A DNA stretch of 63,149 nt, the filler included, from Octopus bimaculoides (taxonomy: Eukaryota), in the NCBI RefSeq assembly GCF_001194135.2. It is 4 parts of 4 records of this genome, joined end to end, with 100 filler letters (N's around TTAATTAATTAA, not from the genome) between each part and the next. Parts side by side here need not be neighbours in the genome. Positions count along the whole stretch, not along the records: positions 1 to 20,221 come from NC_069002.1; positions 20,322 to 43,078 come from NC_068991.1; 2 more parts are not named here. One strand, 5' to 3'. How positions within the stretch are numbered: the first letter of the stretch is position 1; the number at the start of each line of letters is the position of its first letter. Below, piece after piece: positions 13,597-26,579 of the stretch. The notes beneath the pieces are model-generated. The model did not search any database and was not told the DNA's origin. It saw nothing but the letters and a program-made list of their open reading frames with translations. The translations under genes and the position numbers were made by a program.

Positions 13597-15035
13597 NNNN
13601 NNNNNNNNNNNNNNNNNNNNNNNNNNNNNNNNNNNNNNNNNNNNNNNNNNNNNNNNNNNNNNNNNNNNNNNNNNNNNNNNNNNNNNNNNNNNNNNNNNNN
13701 NNNNNNNNNNNNNNNNNNNNNNNNNNNNNNNNNNNNNNNNNNNNNNNNNNNNNNNNNNNNNNNNNNNNNNNNNNNNNNNNNNNNNNNNNNNNNNNNNNNN
13801 NNNNNNNNNNNNNNNNNNNNNNNNNNNNNNNNNNNNNNNNNNNNNNNNNNNNNNNNNNNNNNNNNNNNNNNNNNNNNNNNNNNNNNNNNNNNNNNNNNNN
13901 NNNNNNNNNNNNNNNNNNNNNNNNNNNNNNNNNNNNNNNNNNNNNNNNNNNNNNNNNNNNNNNNNNNNNNNNNNNNNNNNNNNNNNNNNNNNNNNNNNNN
14001 NNNNNNNNNNNNNNNNNNNNNNNNNNNNNNNNNNNNNNNNNNNNNNNNNNNNNNNNNNNNNNNNNNNNNNNNNNNNNNNNNNNNNNNNNNNNNNNNNNNN
14101 NNNNNNNNNNNNNNNNNNNNNNNNNNNNNNNNNNNNNNNNNNNNNNNNNNNNNNNNNNNNNNNNNNNNNNNNNNNNNNNNNCGTACAATACTAAAACCAC
14201 CACCACCACCACCACCACCACCACCACCACCACTATAGTTGTATTCTCGGTTCTGAGAGTTTCCTTTGTGTAAGTCATTGATTTTCTGACATTGGAATAA
14301 ATGAATAAATATGCCAAATATGTACTGAGAAGTCACTGTCTGTATTTAACCCCAACTAAAATATCAATAAGTTTTTCTTTTCATATTTCCGGCAGTTATG
14401 GACAAAACATATTCTCATTTAAACAAACGGCATAATCATTCTTCTTCTTCATCTTCTTTTCCTTAATATGACATATTCAGTCAATGATTTCCTTTCTCTA
14501 CACACAATTCATCGGTTCTTGTGGAGATTATCCAACGAGGCTATGATTATATCTATGGAACTTTCCTTTCATTAATCTATGTTTCTTGGATTCATCAGTT
14601 TACTACCTCACACACACACACACACAACACTTTATTTCTATCTCTCATTTTATATATCTGTGTGTGTGTTGTGTGTGTATGGAGAGAAATATATATGTAT
14701 GTATATGTATGCATGTGTGTATATATATCTCTTTCCCTTTCTCTCTTTCCCCCTCTCTCTCTCTTTCCCTCTCCCTCTCCCTCTCTCTCTCTCTATATAT
14801 ATAAAGTACGATGTTGAGATTCACTAGAGAATATATATATAGATTTTAACTTACAATGAAAACTTTGATGTAAACAACTTGTCATTTATAAAAATATCAC
14901 GAAGAAGAAAATATGCCAAGACGAGAACTACTTTTTAACTATTCCAATGATATCTCATATCGAACGGATACCGGTTATAACTGATAAATATCCCTGGTTA
15001 CGTTGTTCATGAAGACACTATTCAATATGTACTTT

Positions 15036-15415
15036 AGTGGTTACGGTATTCGGCTCATAGTCGTAAAGCCATGAGTAAGATTCTCGGCGGCATGTTGTGT
15101 CTTTCAATAAGACACTTTTTTTCACGTTACACCAGTCCGCTCTATCACACTGTGTCGCGCTGAATCTCCTTAAGAACTACGTTAAGGGTACAGCTCAGTT
15201 TAGCTACTTGCACGATAATTTCGCGACCAGGCTGTTACTTCGGTCGGATCAAATGGAACCCTCGTCATGGTAACCGACGGAGTTTTAGTCAGTTAAGGGT
15301 AGGCGTCACTATGGAGTACTCAGCCCAGCTATTTGCACGTTAACATCGTTAATTTCATGAACAGAAAGTTAAGTTGTTCGGATCAACCAAAACCATTGTC
15401 GTCGTAACTGACATA
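15036..15415 (+). mobile_element. tRNA-derived SINE, family C, with a tandemly duplicated 3' half
   Basis: Head GTGGTTACGGTATTCGGCTC. The block (C)GTTAAGGGTA..TTGCACG..CGGATCAA..GTAAC(C)GAC occurs at ~15180-15285 and again at ~15290-15415. Homologous to 17431-17742. Confidence 0.8.
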
Positions 15416-15423
15416 ATTACTTC

Positions 15424-15585
15424 TATTCTGGGCACAAGGCCTTGAAAAGTTTTGGGAGAGGGATCTAGTCAATTACATCGAGCCCAGTGCGTAACTGGTG
15501 CTTATTTCATCGACTCCCGAAAGGATGAAAGCAACGTCGACCTCAGCGGAATTTGAACTCAAAGCGTAGAGACTGACGAAATGCA
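15424..15585 (-). mobile_element. SINE family A
   Basis: GGCACAAGGCC..TTACATCGAGCCCAGTGCGTAACTGG..CCGAAAGGATGAAAG..GGAATTTGAACTC. Confidence 0.85.
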
Positions 15586-15937
15586 TTCGTTACTGACATA
15601 ATGCCTGCCATACATAAATGCAAATCTCTACTCTAACTACGTGTATCTCTATCTTTTCTCCATTTACCACTGCCGTAAATACCAACTATATCACTTTATA
15701 TCCTCTTAGTGAGATACGAAATGCAGGTAAGTAGGTAGGAACGTACAAGTGTATTAGTATATTGATTTCTATCTTATATGAGATCACACACACACATGTA
15801 TGCATATATATGTGTAAATACGTTACCTATAAGCTCTATGTTGATATATATGGAGATGTGCATTTGCTGCCGGATATAATAACATGACCTGAACTGAAAT
15901 ATGTATGCATGACATATCGCGATTTTAGAAATTCTTG

Positions 15938-16085
<148 letters not shown>

Positions 16086-16185
16086 ATGGTTATGACATTA
16101 TAAATCTTAAGACCGAGATAATTATGAAAATATCGCACATAAATAATCACACAACAGGACATATGCTTGTACATGCTGTGTGTGT

Positions 16186-16227
<42 letters not shown>

Positions 16228-16626
16228 ATAAATATGCGAACATGTGTTTATGTCACTGCGAATCGACAAGAAAATGTAAGAAGGAATTGGAAAGAGAAAG
16301 AGACAGATAAAGAAAGAGTAAAAAAATAAAGAGTGATATTGCTGTCAGAGATACAAAATGTATGGGGGTGGAGGAGGAGAAATATTGATGGGGAAGGAGG
16401 AGACTTGATAGATGGAAAAGATAGAGTGTTTGAATGACAGCCAAAGGGAGAGAACATGCTTGAGAGAGAAAGAGAAACAGGAAAAAAACAAGAGAAATAC
16501 TAATATATTGGATAAGAGAAAAAGACTAACAATGAAATAGGGAGTATTAGATAAAGAGAGACACGGAGAGGGAGAGAGGTTGAGAGTGCATGTATGTCTG
16601 TATAGCGGTGCAAGTATGTATTTATA

Positions 16627-16695
<69 letters not shown>

Positions 16696-16701
16696 TGTAC
16701 G

Positions 16702-16736
<35 letters not shown>

Positions 16737-17076
16737 TCGGTATAAACCATGAGCAGCTACATCTTGGTTATAATATTTGGTGAACTTATTCAAGATTTCC
16801 GTTACAGCACCTATTCGTTGCGATCACCTCTGAATTAAACCCCTTATCCATGTATGTCTATGATAAAACGGGAAGTTGGAAAATCTTTTGGCACTCTTCA
16901 TTTACTGTTACATATGTTTCATTTGCTAATAGGAATTACAGAGTATAACATGTTGGAGAGACATGTAAGGAATTTCCTTTTAGAAAATCTTCAGACAATT
17001 AAATAATACATATATATATATATATATATAAGAATTTAAGGATTGGAGAAAACGCATGTTATAATTGCATACTTTA

Positions 17077-17157
17077 TTCCTACATATGTTTCAAAGGATT
17101 ACAACTTGTGTGATCCATAGGGATCTTTGATATTAAAGTTGTAACCTTATCAGGGAA
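17077..17157 (-). ncRNA. Degenerate type-I hammerhead-like motif (Penelope terminal-repeat type)
   Basis: Reverse complement: ttcc CTGATAA ggttacaactt..gatcc ctat ggatc..aagttgtaatcc ttt GAAA catatg TA ggaa. Stem I is ttcc/ggaa, stem III is the palindrome ACATATGT, the site is GUA. The core has G8A. Confidence 0.6.
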
Positions 17158-17430
17158 AGCATGGGAATCATCTTAAACGTAAGACATTATGACCGATTTA
17201 AACGACAGTTATTTTGTGTTCTTTGCTACATTGGTTTCTATTAACCCATTTATTCTATCAGAAGAGTTTTTATTCTTTAAGATAGAATAAATACACATAA
17301 TTATATTATNNNNNNNNNNNNNNNNNNNNNNNNNNNNNNNNNNNNNNNNNNNNNNNNNNNNNNNNNNNNNNNNNNNNNNNNNNNNNNNNNNNNNNNNNNN
17401 NNNNNNNNNNNNNNNNNNNNNATATATATA

Positions 17431-17742
17431 ATCGTAGGATCGCGGTTTCGATTCCCAGACCAGGAAAATGAGTGTTTATTGAGCGTAAACGCCTAAAAGC
17501 TCCACGAGGCTGTACACTTTCATCACAACCTTCTCTCACTCTTTATTCCTGCTTCTGTTGTGCCTGTAATTCAAAGGTCCTGCCTTGTCACACTGTGTCA
17601 CGCTGAATATCCCCCGAGAACTACGTTAAGGGTACACGTGTCTGTGGAGTGCTCAGCCACTTGCACGTTAATTTCACGAGCAGGCTCCTCCGTTGATCGG
17701 ATGAACTGGAACCATTGTTGTCGCAACCAACAGAGTGCCACG
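17431..17742 (+). mobile_element. SINE family C
   Basis: B-box GGTTTCGATTCCC, then CACGCTGAAT..AACTACGTTAAGGGTACACGTGTCTGTGGAGTGCTCAGCCACTTGCACG. Confidence 0.85.
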
Positions 17743-17984
17743 TGGTACTACACTGTTCTGTCTAAAAGGAATATTATTAATTCTTAAAGATCAGTGTAAA
17801 AGAGAGAAGGAAATTATAATTTATTAATTGAACACAATTGAACACAAGCAATTTTCCTCTCCTCCTACATATATAGAGTATTAAAAGAAATATACTCACA
17901 CACATAAAGAGAGAAGGGGAGGAAGAGGGAGAGAATGAGGGATATACTGAAACGAGAAGACATTAAAATGCCTAATGTCAAATA

Positions 17985-18094
17985 AGTCAGCGCTAAATCA
18001 ACGACGCAAAATAGGCGGCGCCAAGGCGGATATGCCAAAACGACTGCGCCAAAACGGCTGCGCCAAAACGGCTGTGCCAAAGAGTATTGTTACC
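17985..18094 (+). mobile_element. MULE-like MITE end with a 14-bp tandem subrepeat (GCCAAAACGGCTGC)x3-4
   Basis: The tandem units at 18034-18085 are visible. The MULE label comes from recalled families. Confidence 0.5.
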
Positions 18095-18789
18095 TGTAGC
18101 TGTGCTACTTTTTAGATGAAAAATGTGAATGGTAAATAAATTTTAGAAAGGCGTGGTGTATGTTCTTTTTATTTAAATATACTTTACTTAATGTGAAATT
18201 ATACATGCATCACTAATTGTGTATGTGCGTGCGTGTGAGTGTGCATCTACGTGTATCTATGTATATGAATATATATAGTAAGATATACGTAAATAACATA
18301 TACAGAGATATATTACATTACATAGAGTTGGAATCACTATCTCCTATAAGCCCAATACGAAATGTAGTAAATAGGCTCTGATTTGGATACATGTATGTGT
18401 GTGTACATATGTGTGTGTGTGCGTATTTGTATCCACGTTTGTATGCAAAATAAATGTCTATAATGAATAATATATGGAAATGTATATAGATAATTTATTG
18501 TAATTTACATATATATATGGAAATATATGTACATATTCAATTAAGCTTATCCAGTGTTACCGAGACTATTTTAACCTCAATTTGGCTGTATTAAAAATAT
18601 AAATTACAAATATTCATTTATATACATATAATATATACATAAATATATAGGGGGGGGGTGTATATATATACATATATATATGTATGCATATACATATTTA
18701 TACATATACACACACACACACTATATATATATATATATATATATATAAGTTGTTGTATATTGTCAACTTAATGTGACAATCCCAATAAG

Positions 18790-19890
18790 GGAATATACTA
18801 CTGCTGTTTAGCCCTAGGAAGCTGGACCGCTTCCTGTCGGCCTTGACACAATTACTGTGTCCTTATGTTTGCGAGGGGGAGACAAACTCCTCCACCCAGC
18901 CTAGCCAGCATTCAGGGACATGTTTCTGAGTCTTNNNNNNNNNNNNNNNNNNNNNNNNNNNNNNNNNNNNNNNNNNNNNNNNNNNNNNNNNNNNNNNNNN
19001 NNNNNNNNNNNNNNNNNNNNNNNNNNNNNNNNNNNNNNNNNNNNNNNNNNNNNNNNNNNNNNNNNNNNNNNNNNNNNNNNNNNNNNNNNNNNNNNNNNNN
19101 NNNNNNNNNNNNNNNNNNNNNNNNNNNNNNNNNNNNNNNNNNNNNNNNNNNNNNNNNNNNNNNNNNNNNNNNNNNNNNNNNNNNNNNNNNNNNNNNNNNN
19201 NNNNNNNNNNNNNNNNNNNNNNNNNNNNNNNNNNNNNNNNNNNNNNNNNNNNNNNNNNNNNNNNNNNNNNNNNNNNNNNNNNNNNNNNNNNNNNNNNNNN
19301 NNNNNNNNNNNNNNNNNNNNNNNNNNNNNNNNNNNNNNNNNNNNNNNNNNNNNNNNNNNNNNNNNNNNNNNNNNNNNNNNNNNNNNNNNNNNNNNNNNNN
19401 NNNNNNNNNNNNNNNNNNNNNNNNNNNNNNNNNNNNNNNNNNNNNNNNNNNNNNNNNNNNNNNNNNNNNNNNNNNNNNNNNNNNNNNNNNNNNNNNNNNN
19501 NNNNNNNNNNNNNNNNNNNNNNNNNNNNNNNNNNNNNNNNNNNNNNNNNNNNNNNNNNNNNNNNNNNNNNTATACGAACATACACGCACATATATATATG
19601 GGGCCGATTCGTTCGGTTAAAATTCTTCAAGGTATAGTCTCGGTCTAATATTTGAAACAAATATAAAGAATACTTAACCGAGTGTAGCGATGTAATTGCA
19701 ACTCCTAATGAAGAAAAATCATTAACGTAAATTGTAATTCTTATTAGAGTCCTAGGGATAGAATTCCAGAATTTAACGTGATAACAAAGTGAAAGAGTTT
19801 CCTCAGGCCAGAGAGGAATCCGACATTTGGTAACTACAGAGACAACTCTGCCTTACTAAACTGATGTTATGACTCAGGAAGGACTTTTGT
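18790..19890 (-). mobile_element. Possible CR1/L2-group LINE 3' end interrupted by a gap
   Basis: Minus strand 19660-19890 gives PKCRIPL..HVKFWNSIPRTL, similar to the LINE C-terminal WNSLP motif. 18790-18934 is tentatively its 3' UTR. Confidence 0.4.
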
Positions 19891-20265
19891 TGTATGGATA
19901 TGTACATGTATGCATGTAGATATGCATGTGTGTGTGTGTGTGCATACTGAATTGATCTCCATGTAATATCATTCAGAAATCACGAGGAAACTTGTTCACA
20001 AAAATGTCCACTAATATTCAGGAATACGCATTCATATATGCAGGACATATACAGACACACAGACATATCTATACAAATACATGTGTATTCAGACACATGC
20101 AGAAATATAAATATTTATATATTATATATGTACACATATATTTACATACACAAGTATATACATACATATATAGACAATGAGAGATAGATAGATAGATAGA
20201 CAGATAGATAGGTAGATATATNNNNNNNNNNNNNNNNNNNNNNNNNNNNNNNNNNNNNNNNNNNN

Positions 20266-20277
20266 TTAATTAATTAA
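20266..20277. other. Synthetic assembly linker TTAATTAATTAA (44 N on each side)
   Basis: Stop codons in all six frames; the identical 100-bp construct occurs three times. Confidence 0.95.
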
Positions 20278-20408
20278 NNNNNNNNNNNNNNNNNNNNNNN
20301 NNNNNNNNNNNNNNNNNNNNNATATGATAATAATATTCATATATGTATATGAAAATAATAATATTCATATATGTATATGAAAATAATAATAATAATAATA
20401 ATAACAAC

Positions 20409-20470
<62 letters not shown>

Positions 20471-20473
20471 CAA

Positions 20474-21315
20474 TCACAAGCAATTCCATGTAGCCACAAC
20501 AGAAGTTGCTGGAAAAAATAGGTGGGATTGGTTGATGAAGGGAACACTATAAAAAGAGACCGAAGGCACTATACTGGCAGCGCAAGCCCAAGCTTTGGCC
20601 ACGACCTGGAGGGTCAACCTTAGGAATGAGCAAGTGTCTCCCCTGTGCTGCATCTGTAATAGAGTGGATGAAACCATTGCCCATATCATGAACGAATGCC
20701 CCAGACTTGTCCAAAACCACTACAAGTTGTCGCGACACGATCAGGTAGCGAAAGTGCTACATTGGAAACTGTGCGAAAAGTGGGGACTAGAGAGAGGCAA
20801 GACGTGGTATGAGCACAAACTGCTGTGAGTTGCGGAGTCAGAAACTAGCAAAATCCTCTGGGATTTCCCAATCCAAACAGATTAGGTGCTATAGCATAAC
20901 AGACCGGACCTAGTAGTGGTGGACAAGGTGCACCACATATGCAATATAGCTGATGTTGCATGCCCCTTTGACCCACGAATAGTCAAGAACGAAGGCGAAA
21001 AAATAGATAAATACAACATTCTTAAGTACGAAATAACCCGGCTATGGAAATTGAAAAGAAGGTAAAGAAAGTGCCAACTATTGTTGGGTCCTCGGGAACA
21101 GTATTAGAAGTCATCAAGGAGAATATAAAGGAACTTGGAATAGAGTGCCCAATAGAACTGTTACAAAAGGTTTGCCTCCTGGGTACGGCCAGAATAACCA
21201 GGAAAGTATTAGATAGCTGAAAAGAACGGATAACATGGCACCGTAGGCTGCAGGTAGAAAGTCCTCCATGCATGCAAAACTCCAGGAGCTCCAATAAAAC
21301 CTGTGATAAAGAGAA
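20474..21315 (+). mobile_element. 5'-truncated R4/Dong element (knuckle, RLE, 3' UTR) with (TAA)n on both sides
   Basis: WDWLMKGTL*KETEGTILAAQAQALAT; LCCICNRVDETIAHIMNEC..RHDQVAKVLHW; ILWDFPIQTD..NRPDLVVVDK..IADVACPFD; LLQKVCLLGTARITRKVLDS*. AAT tracts at ~20383-20473 and 21315-21378. Confidence 0.93.
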
Positions 21316-22069
21316 ATAATAATAATATTTATAATAATAACAACAACAACAACAATAATAATAACAATAATAATAATACATGTTTCAAGTTCAGCACTAA
21401 TCAATTGCTATTACAAAGCTTTAAAAAATTGCTGCCCATTAACTTGTCTATTAAAGACAGTGTATTTTTGTTTTAATTACAATAGCTTCTTCTATAATTA
21501 TTATTCTAAACCATGCGTCGTCTGAGTGAACATAGCGTTTTAGTGTTATATTCAAAATGTCGCCATATCTAAAAATTCTTTGTATTTGAGAGAAACCAAA
21601 GGAAGATTCATAATGATTATTGAACATTTGAAGCTGTAGACATTTCAGACAATTATTGTGTAATTTAAACGATGTTATGAGGGGGAAAAAACTGTAAACT
21701 ATAGAAGGAAAAGCAACGGGAAAATTTTGTTAATGAATTACAATGGTGATCGCAGCATGAAAGATTTTTTTATTAAAAAACCTAGCTGTTTTATATTAGC
21801 ATGCACGCATACACATGTGTATATACAAATACATATACACGTACACACGCATACAAGTATGTGTACATGTATATATGTGTGTATATGTGTGTACGCGCGC
21901 ATGTATATCTAAATATTATATGCACACACATACACACACATATATATGTATACACACATATACATACATAAATATATACATACATACATGCATGCATACA
22001 AACATACATACATACATACATACATACATACATACATACATACACCGCTAATGTAAATGTATACACATA

Positions 22070-22325
22070 TATTGTGTTGAGTCAAAAGTTTTGCAATATT
22101 TTGGTAAATTATTTGCGGTATTCGTCAAGTTACAGCAAAAACAGCCAAACATTCAAAGTAGAGTCCGTCGAGTTATACCGTCTGAAGCCACCCTTCTGCC
22201 ACCCCTTTGTTCCTACGATTATACCAGTTCTTGTCCTTCAAAGCGAAGAGTTCCTTCACTGAAGTTTCCTCCCTCCGCTTAGTTGATGATGCGTCGCGAG
22301 CGCTGGAAGTGAGCCATGAAAACAT
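22070..22325 (-). mobile_element. mariner 3' end with TIR
   Basis: Minus strand EETSVKELFALKDKNWYNRRNKGVAEGWLQTV*LDGLYFE resembles the mariner C-terminus. A TIR-like TATTGTGTTGAGTCAAAAGTTTTGCAA lies at 22070-22096. Confidence 0.7.
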
Positions 22326-23124
22326 TTCTCAAATAATCTCAACATAAACAACTCAATAGAAATAATGCAATGACCTAAAACACGTTCACCTTCGTAGCTA
22401 GAATTGAAAGATATAATTATAAACGTAAAAAATGTGTGCAACTTTTCACCGGAATTTTACTGCCTCAGTTACACATCCTATCTCTATGAAAGTAGGTGCC
22501 CACAAAAGTTTCTTGTGAACTGCGGCGCTAAGCTACCTTCTACAAATGACAAAAAGAAAAATGGAGTCTGTCTCACTGCAGACACATTCAAGATAAGGCA
22601 TATTCAACACATGCATTCCCTATGATGTATAAATATAGGAAAATCAACCGCACTGTTCATATATCTTTGGAGGCTGAAAAAGAAAGAAATTAGCAACACG
22701 TTTATATTACTCGTCCAATATAGAAACTGCATTTCCTTACGTCAATAGATTTCTCTTATTGCTAAAAAGACAAAGTAGTTTATCAGGTTATAATAGTTAC
22801 TAGTTTTTATCCTTTTCAGTTGTTTATTCATGAACTATTGTTTCTTATCAAAGACGCTTACAAGATATTCCCACATGGAAAAAACGTAAGCCTATTTGAG
22901 ATTAAGCCGAAATTCTTTGTTGTTAATATATCCAAATTTGTATTCAGCTCTTCATTGTAACAGAAAATATATTTTCTCATCAGATTTTGAAGTTAGTGCT
23001 CTTTATAAAATTTTCAGAAAATCTTAAAAACAACGGCAAAACTAATCTATCTAGTCAAAATTATTTTCACATAGACGTTTGGCCTATATTCCTAAGGAAA
23101 TTTATAAAAAGATTTCTGCAATAC

Positions 23125-23164
<40 letters not shown>

Positions 23165-23924
23165 NNNNNNNNNNNNNNNNNNNNNNNNNNNNNNNNNNNN
23201 NNNNNNNNNNNNNNNNNNNNNNNNNNNNNNNNNNNNNNNNNNNNNNNNNNNNNNNNNNNNNNNNNNNNNNNNNNNNNNNNNNNNNNNNNNNNNNNNNNNN
23301 NNNNNNNNNNNNNNNNNNNNNNNNNNNNNNNNNNNNNNNNNNNNNNNNNNNNNNNNNNNNNNNNNNNNNNNNNNNNNNNNNNNNNNNNNNNNNNNNNNNN
23401 NNNNNNNNNNNNNNNNNNNNNNNNNNNNNNNNNNNNNNNNNNNNNNNNNNNNNNNNNNNNNNNNNNNNNNNNNNNNNNNNNNNNNNNNNNNNNNNNNNNN
23501 NNNNNNNNNNNNNNNNNNNNNNNNNNNNNNNNNNNNNNNNNNNNNNNNNNNNNNNNNNNNNNNNNNNNNNNNNNNNNNNNNNNNNNNNNNNNNNNNNNNN
23601 NNNNNNNNNNNNNNNNNNNNNNNNNNNNNNNNNNNNNNNNNNNNNNNNNNNNNNNNNNNNNNNNNNNNNNNNNNNNNNNNNNNNNNNNNNNNNNNNNNNN
23701 NNNNNNNNNNNNNNNNNNNNNNNNNNNNNNNNNNNNNNNNNNNNNNNNNNNNNNNNNNNNNNNNNNNNNNNNNNNNNNNNNNNNNNNNNNNNNNNNNNNN
23801 NNNNNNNNNNNNNNNNNNNNNNNNNNNNNNNNNNNNNNNNNNNNNNNNNNNNNNNNNNNNNNNNNNNNNNNNNNNNNNNNNNNNNNNNNNNNNNNNNNNN
23901 NGAGAGAGAGAGAGAGAGGGTGGG

Positions 23925-24135
23925 GAGAGACCGCGTGGTATGTTATGTTCTTCAGCAAAGCACTTTAACTCACGTCGCTCTGCGTTCACTTTGACACCTG
24001 CGTCGAGGTGTCAGACAACATCGATTTGATGGAGAGAGTGAGCTAATGTGCTGCAAGACCATTTGGTCATTATGAATAAATAATTTATGCAGGTCGTTTG
24101 GCAAAACCTGAGCGCTCATACGTCGTCTTCTTTGG
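23925..24135 (+). mobile_element. SINE-like repeat, family D
   Basis: Aligns by eye with the reverse complement of 29845-30050 (CGATTT(G/A)ATGG(A/C)GAGAGTGAG..CATTTG(G/A)TCA..CGTCGTC). Confidence 0.65.
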
Positions 24136-24145
24136 GATAGTCCAT

Positions 24146-24200
<55 letters not shown>

Positions 24201-25734
24201 CAAGTATCAATAGTGTTCAGTTAAGAACAGGTTGCAAATGTTCAGTTTGAAATACCATCATATTAGAAGAAAGTGGGTGTAGTTATAGAAATAGAAATTA
24301 AATCAGACGATAATAGAGATAAGAAAAATTTACAAAAAGTAATATATTTGTTTTTTATTGAGTCAAGCATCATGATAAGTTTATCAAAACTCTTTTTTCT
24401 ATTCATGTATCATAAATTGCACATATGAGCTTACATTTTTAAAAGAGAATCTTCCCTACTTGATATCGTAGTATAAGACATCTAGTTAAATCCCAGCTTG
24501 GTTTTTTTAACGTGTTATCTTCCTATTCATGTTTGCAGTTTAAAACGCATTGGTATAAGAATATGTTTGAAAGCTTGAACTTTGGACTTCTTTGCATGGT
24601 GGCACAACCAGAAGGCCTCTTCTCTCTCGCTTAACAAGAGTCTAGAGATTTTCAATCGTACACAGTTTACAGTGGATGCAGCAGCTAACGCATACCTTTG
24701 CTTTTGCAATAATACTTCATTTTTATCGCTGGATTTCCTTCTATCTTTCAGAAACCAGATGTGTTTCGAACAAGACGTGGTATTAAGCTTGTTTCTAGAT
24801 TCATAAATTATTTGTTGTGATTAGAGTTGTATGTATTGTCCTAGGTTATCCGTACAAATATAATCGTCCAAACAAAATTCTTGTTGGAAACTTTTTGATA
24901 CCTGGTTGAAATAAAGAAGTGTGCTCTAATCAATGTAAGAAACGTTGTGATAACATTTACGAATGCATTAAAACTAGTATGAAGCATTATTATTATTATT
25001 AAATATTCTTCTTTTCGATGATCGGTGGATATGCCTCTGCCAATATTGCTTGTCATATGCTTCATGTATGTGTGTGGGTGGTTGGAGATCCTATTTATGT
25101 ATTTTTTTTTTCTTGGCCTACAGTAAGAGAGGCCATTACATCTGCTCAGTTTCCTCTGAAATTTACAGCATTCAGATTTGTATTTATCGCAACCTTTAAC
25201 TCTAACTTTTTAAAAGCGATCATTCATATCTTTTTTTCTTTTTAGTTTTGCTTTTTCCTTGTCTAGTTCGTTCATGTAACTGGATAGGTCAAGTCCGTCA
25301 TGTCTGTAAAATCTTATGTTAGGCTACATTACACGACCAAACCTAATGAATGTAGGCTTCATAATCCGATCAAACCTTAAATCTGTTCCGTCTATGGTTA
25401 CATGGAAAATTTCATTTTTGTGTTACTTAACTCAGAAGGTATGAAATAAAATAACGTTTCGTTGCATTCTTTAATGCATTGGTATCGGTGTTGGATATAG
25501 AAATGTGTAAGATACAGCCGGCACCGCTGAATTTCATCATCATGTCGTGGTTAAACTGACGTTTTAGGGGTAGATCTCGGGCTACATTCGTTACTCTTTA
25601 TTTAAAACTCTAAGGAAGACTGGGCTGTTGTTTCTAGCAGTCAATCGACAGCGTGGGGTTTCCCACTGTGTGTACATGCACATGATACCTGATGGCGGAC
25701 GGAAACTCTTTGAAATGATATTTTACACACTTTA

Positions 25735-26095
25735 ACGCACATACATATGCACATATGTATATACATGCCCGCATACACACACATATATACACAGACATAC
25801 TTGCATACATATATAAACACATATATTTACATACAAATATGCATACATATATACATACATACGTACGTGCACACATACATATGCACACACACATGCATAC
25901 ATACATGTGTACGTACGTATGTACGTACGTATGTACATACACGCATACATGCATACCTACATACGTACATAGTACTACATATATACATACATACATACAT
26001 ACATACATACAGACAGACAGACAGACAGACATACATACATACATACATACATGCATACATATATGTATACATATATACATATATGCATATATATA
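25735..26095. repeat. (CATA)n/(CAGA)n compound microsatellite
   Basis: Directly visible. Confidence 0.9.
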
Positions 26096-26528
26096 GAAAA
26101 AGTGGAAGAGAAAAGAAGTGAAAACCAGATGCAGAAAGAGGAATAGACAAGAAGTCGCAGATTGCTGAAATTAGATGATTAAATGCCTGAAGAAGAAGAA
26201 AAAATTCCATTACAACAAAAGATTTTTTTTGTTTGTTTGTTTGTTTGTTTCCTCTTTTTACAATAATTCCTAAGATTTGTAAATGGAAGACGCTGTACAA
26301 AGACGGTTCCTGCCGGGTTACGTAGGTTATGAAGCAATATTTTCGATACCCGAGTTGTTATCGGAAATTATATGGCTGCCAATACACTGGGATTTTGCAA
26401 GCTAATGAATCAACTGCTGGAAAATCGGTAGTTTCCTATTGTTTAAAAACTACCATTAGATCTATTTATAGAAGAGGATATTTGTTTATTATCATCATCA
26501 TCATCATCGTCATTGTCATTGCCGTTGC

Positions 26529-26579
<51 letters not shown>

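Noticed and set aside
24539-24600. FKTHWYKNMFESL resembling the SoHo-domain WYKxMF motif
   Set aside because: A six-residue resemblance only; the frame stops soon after and there is no convincing splice donor
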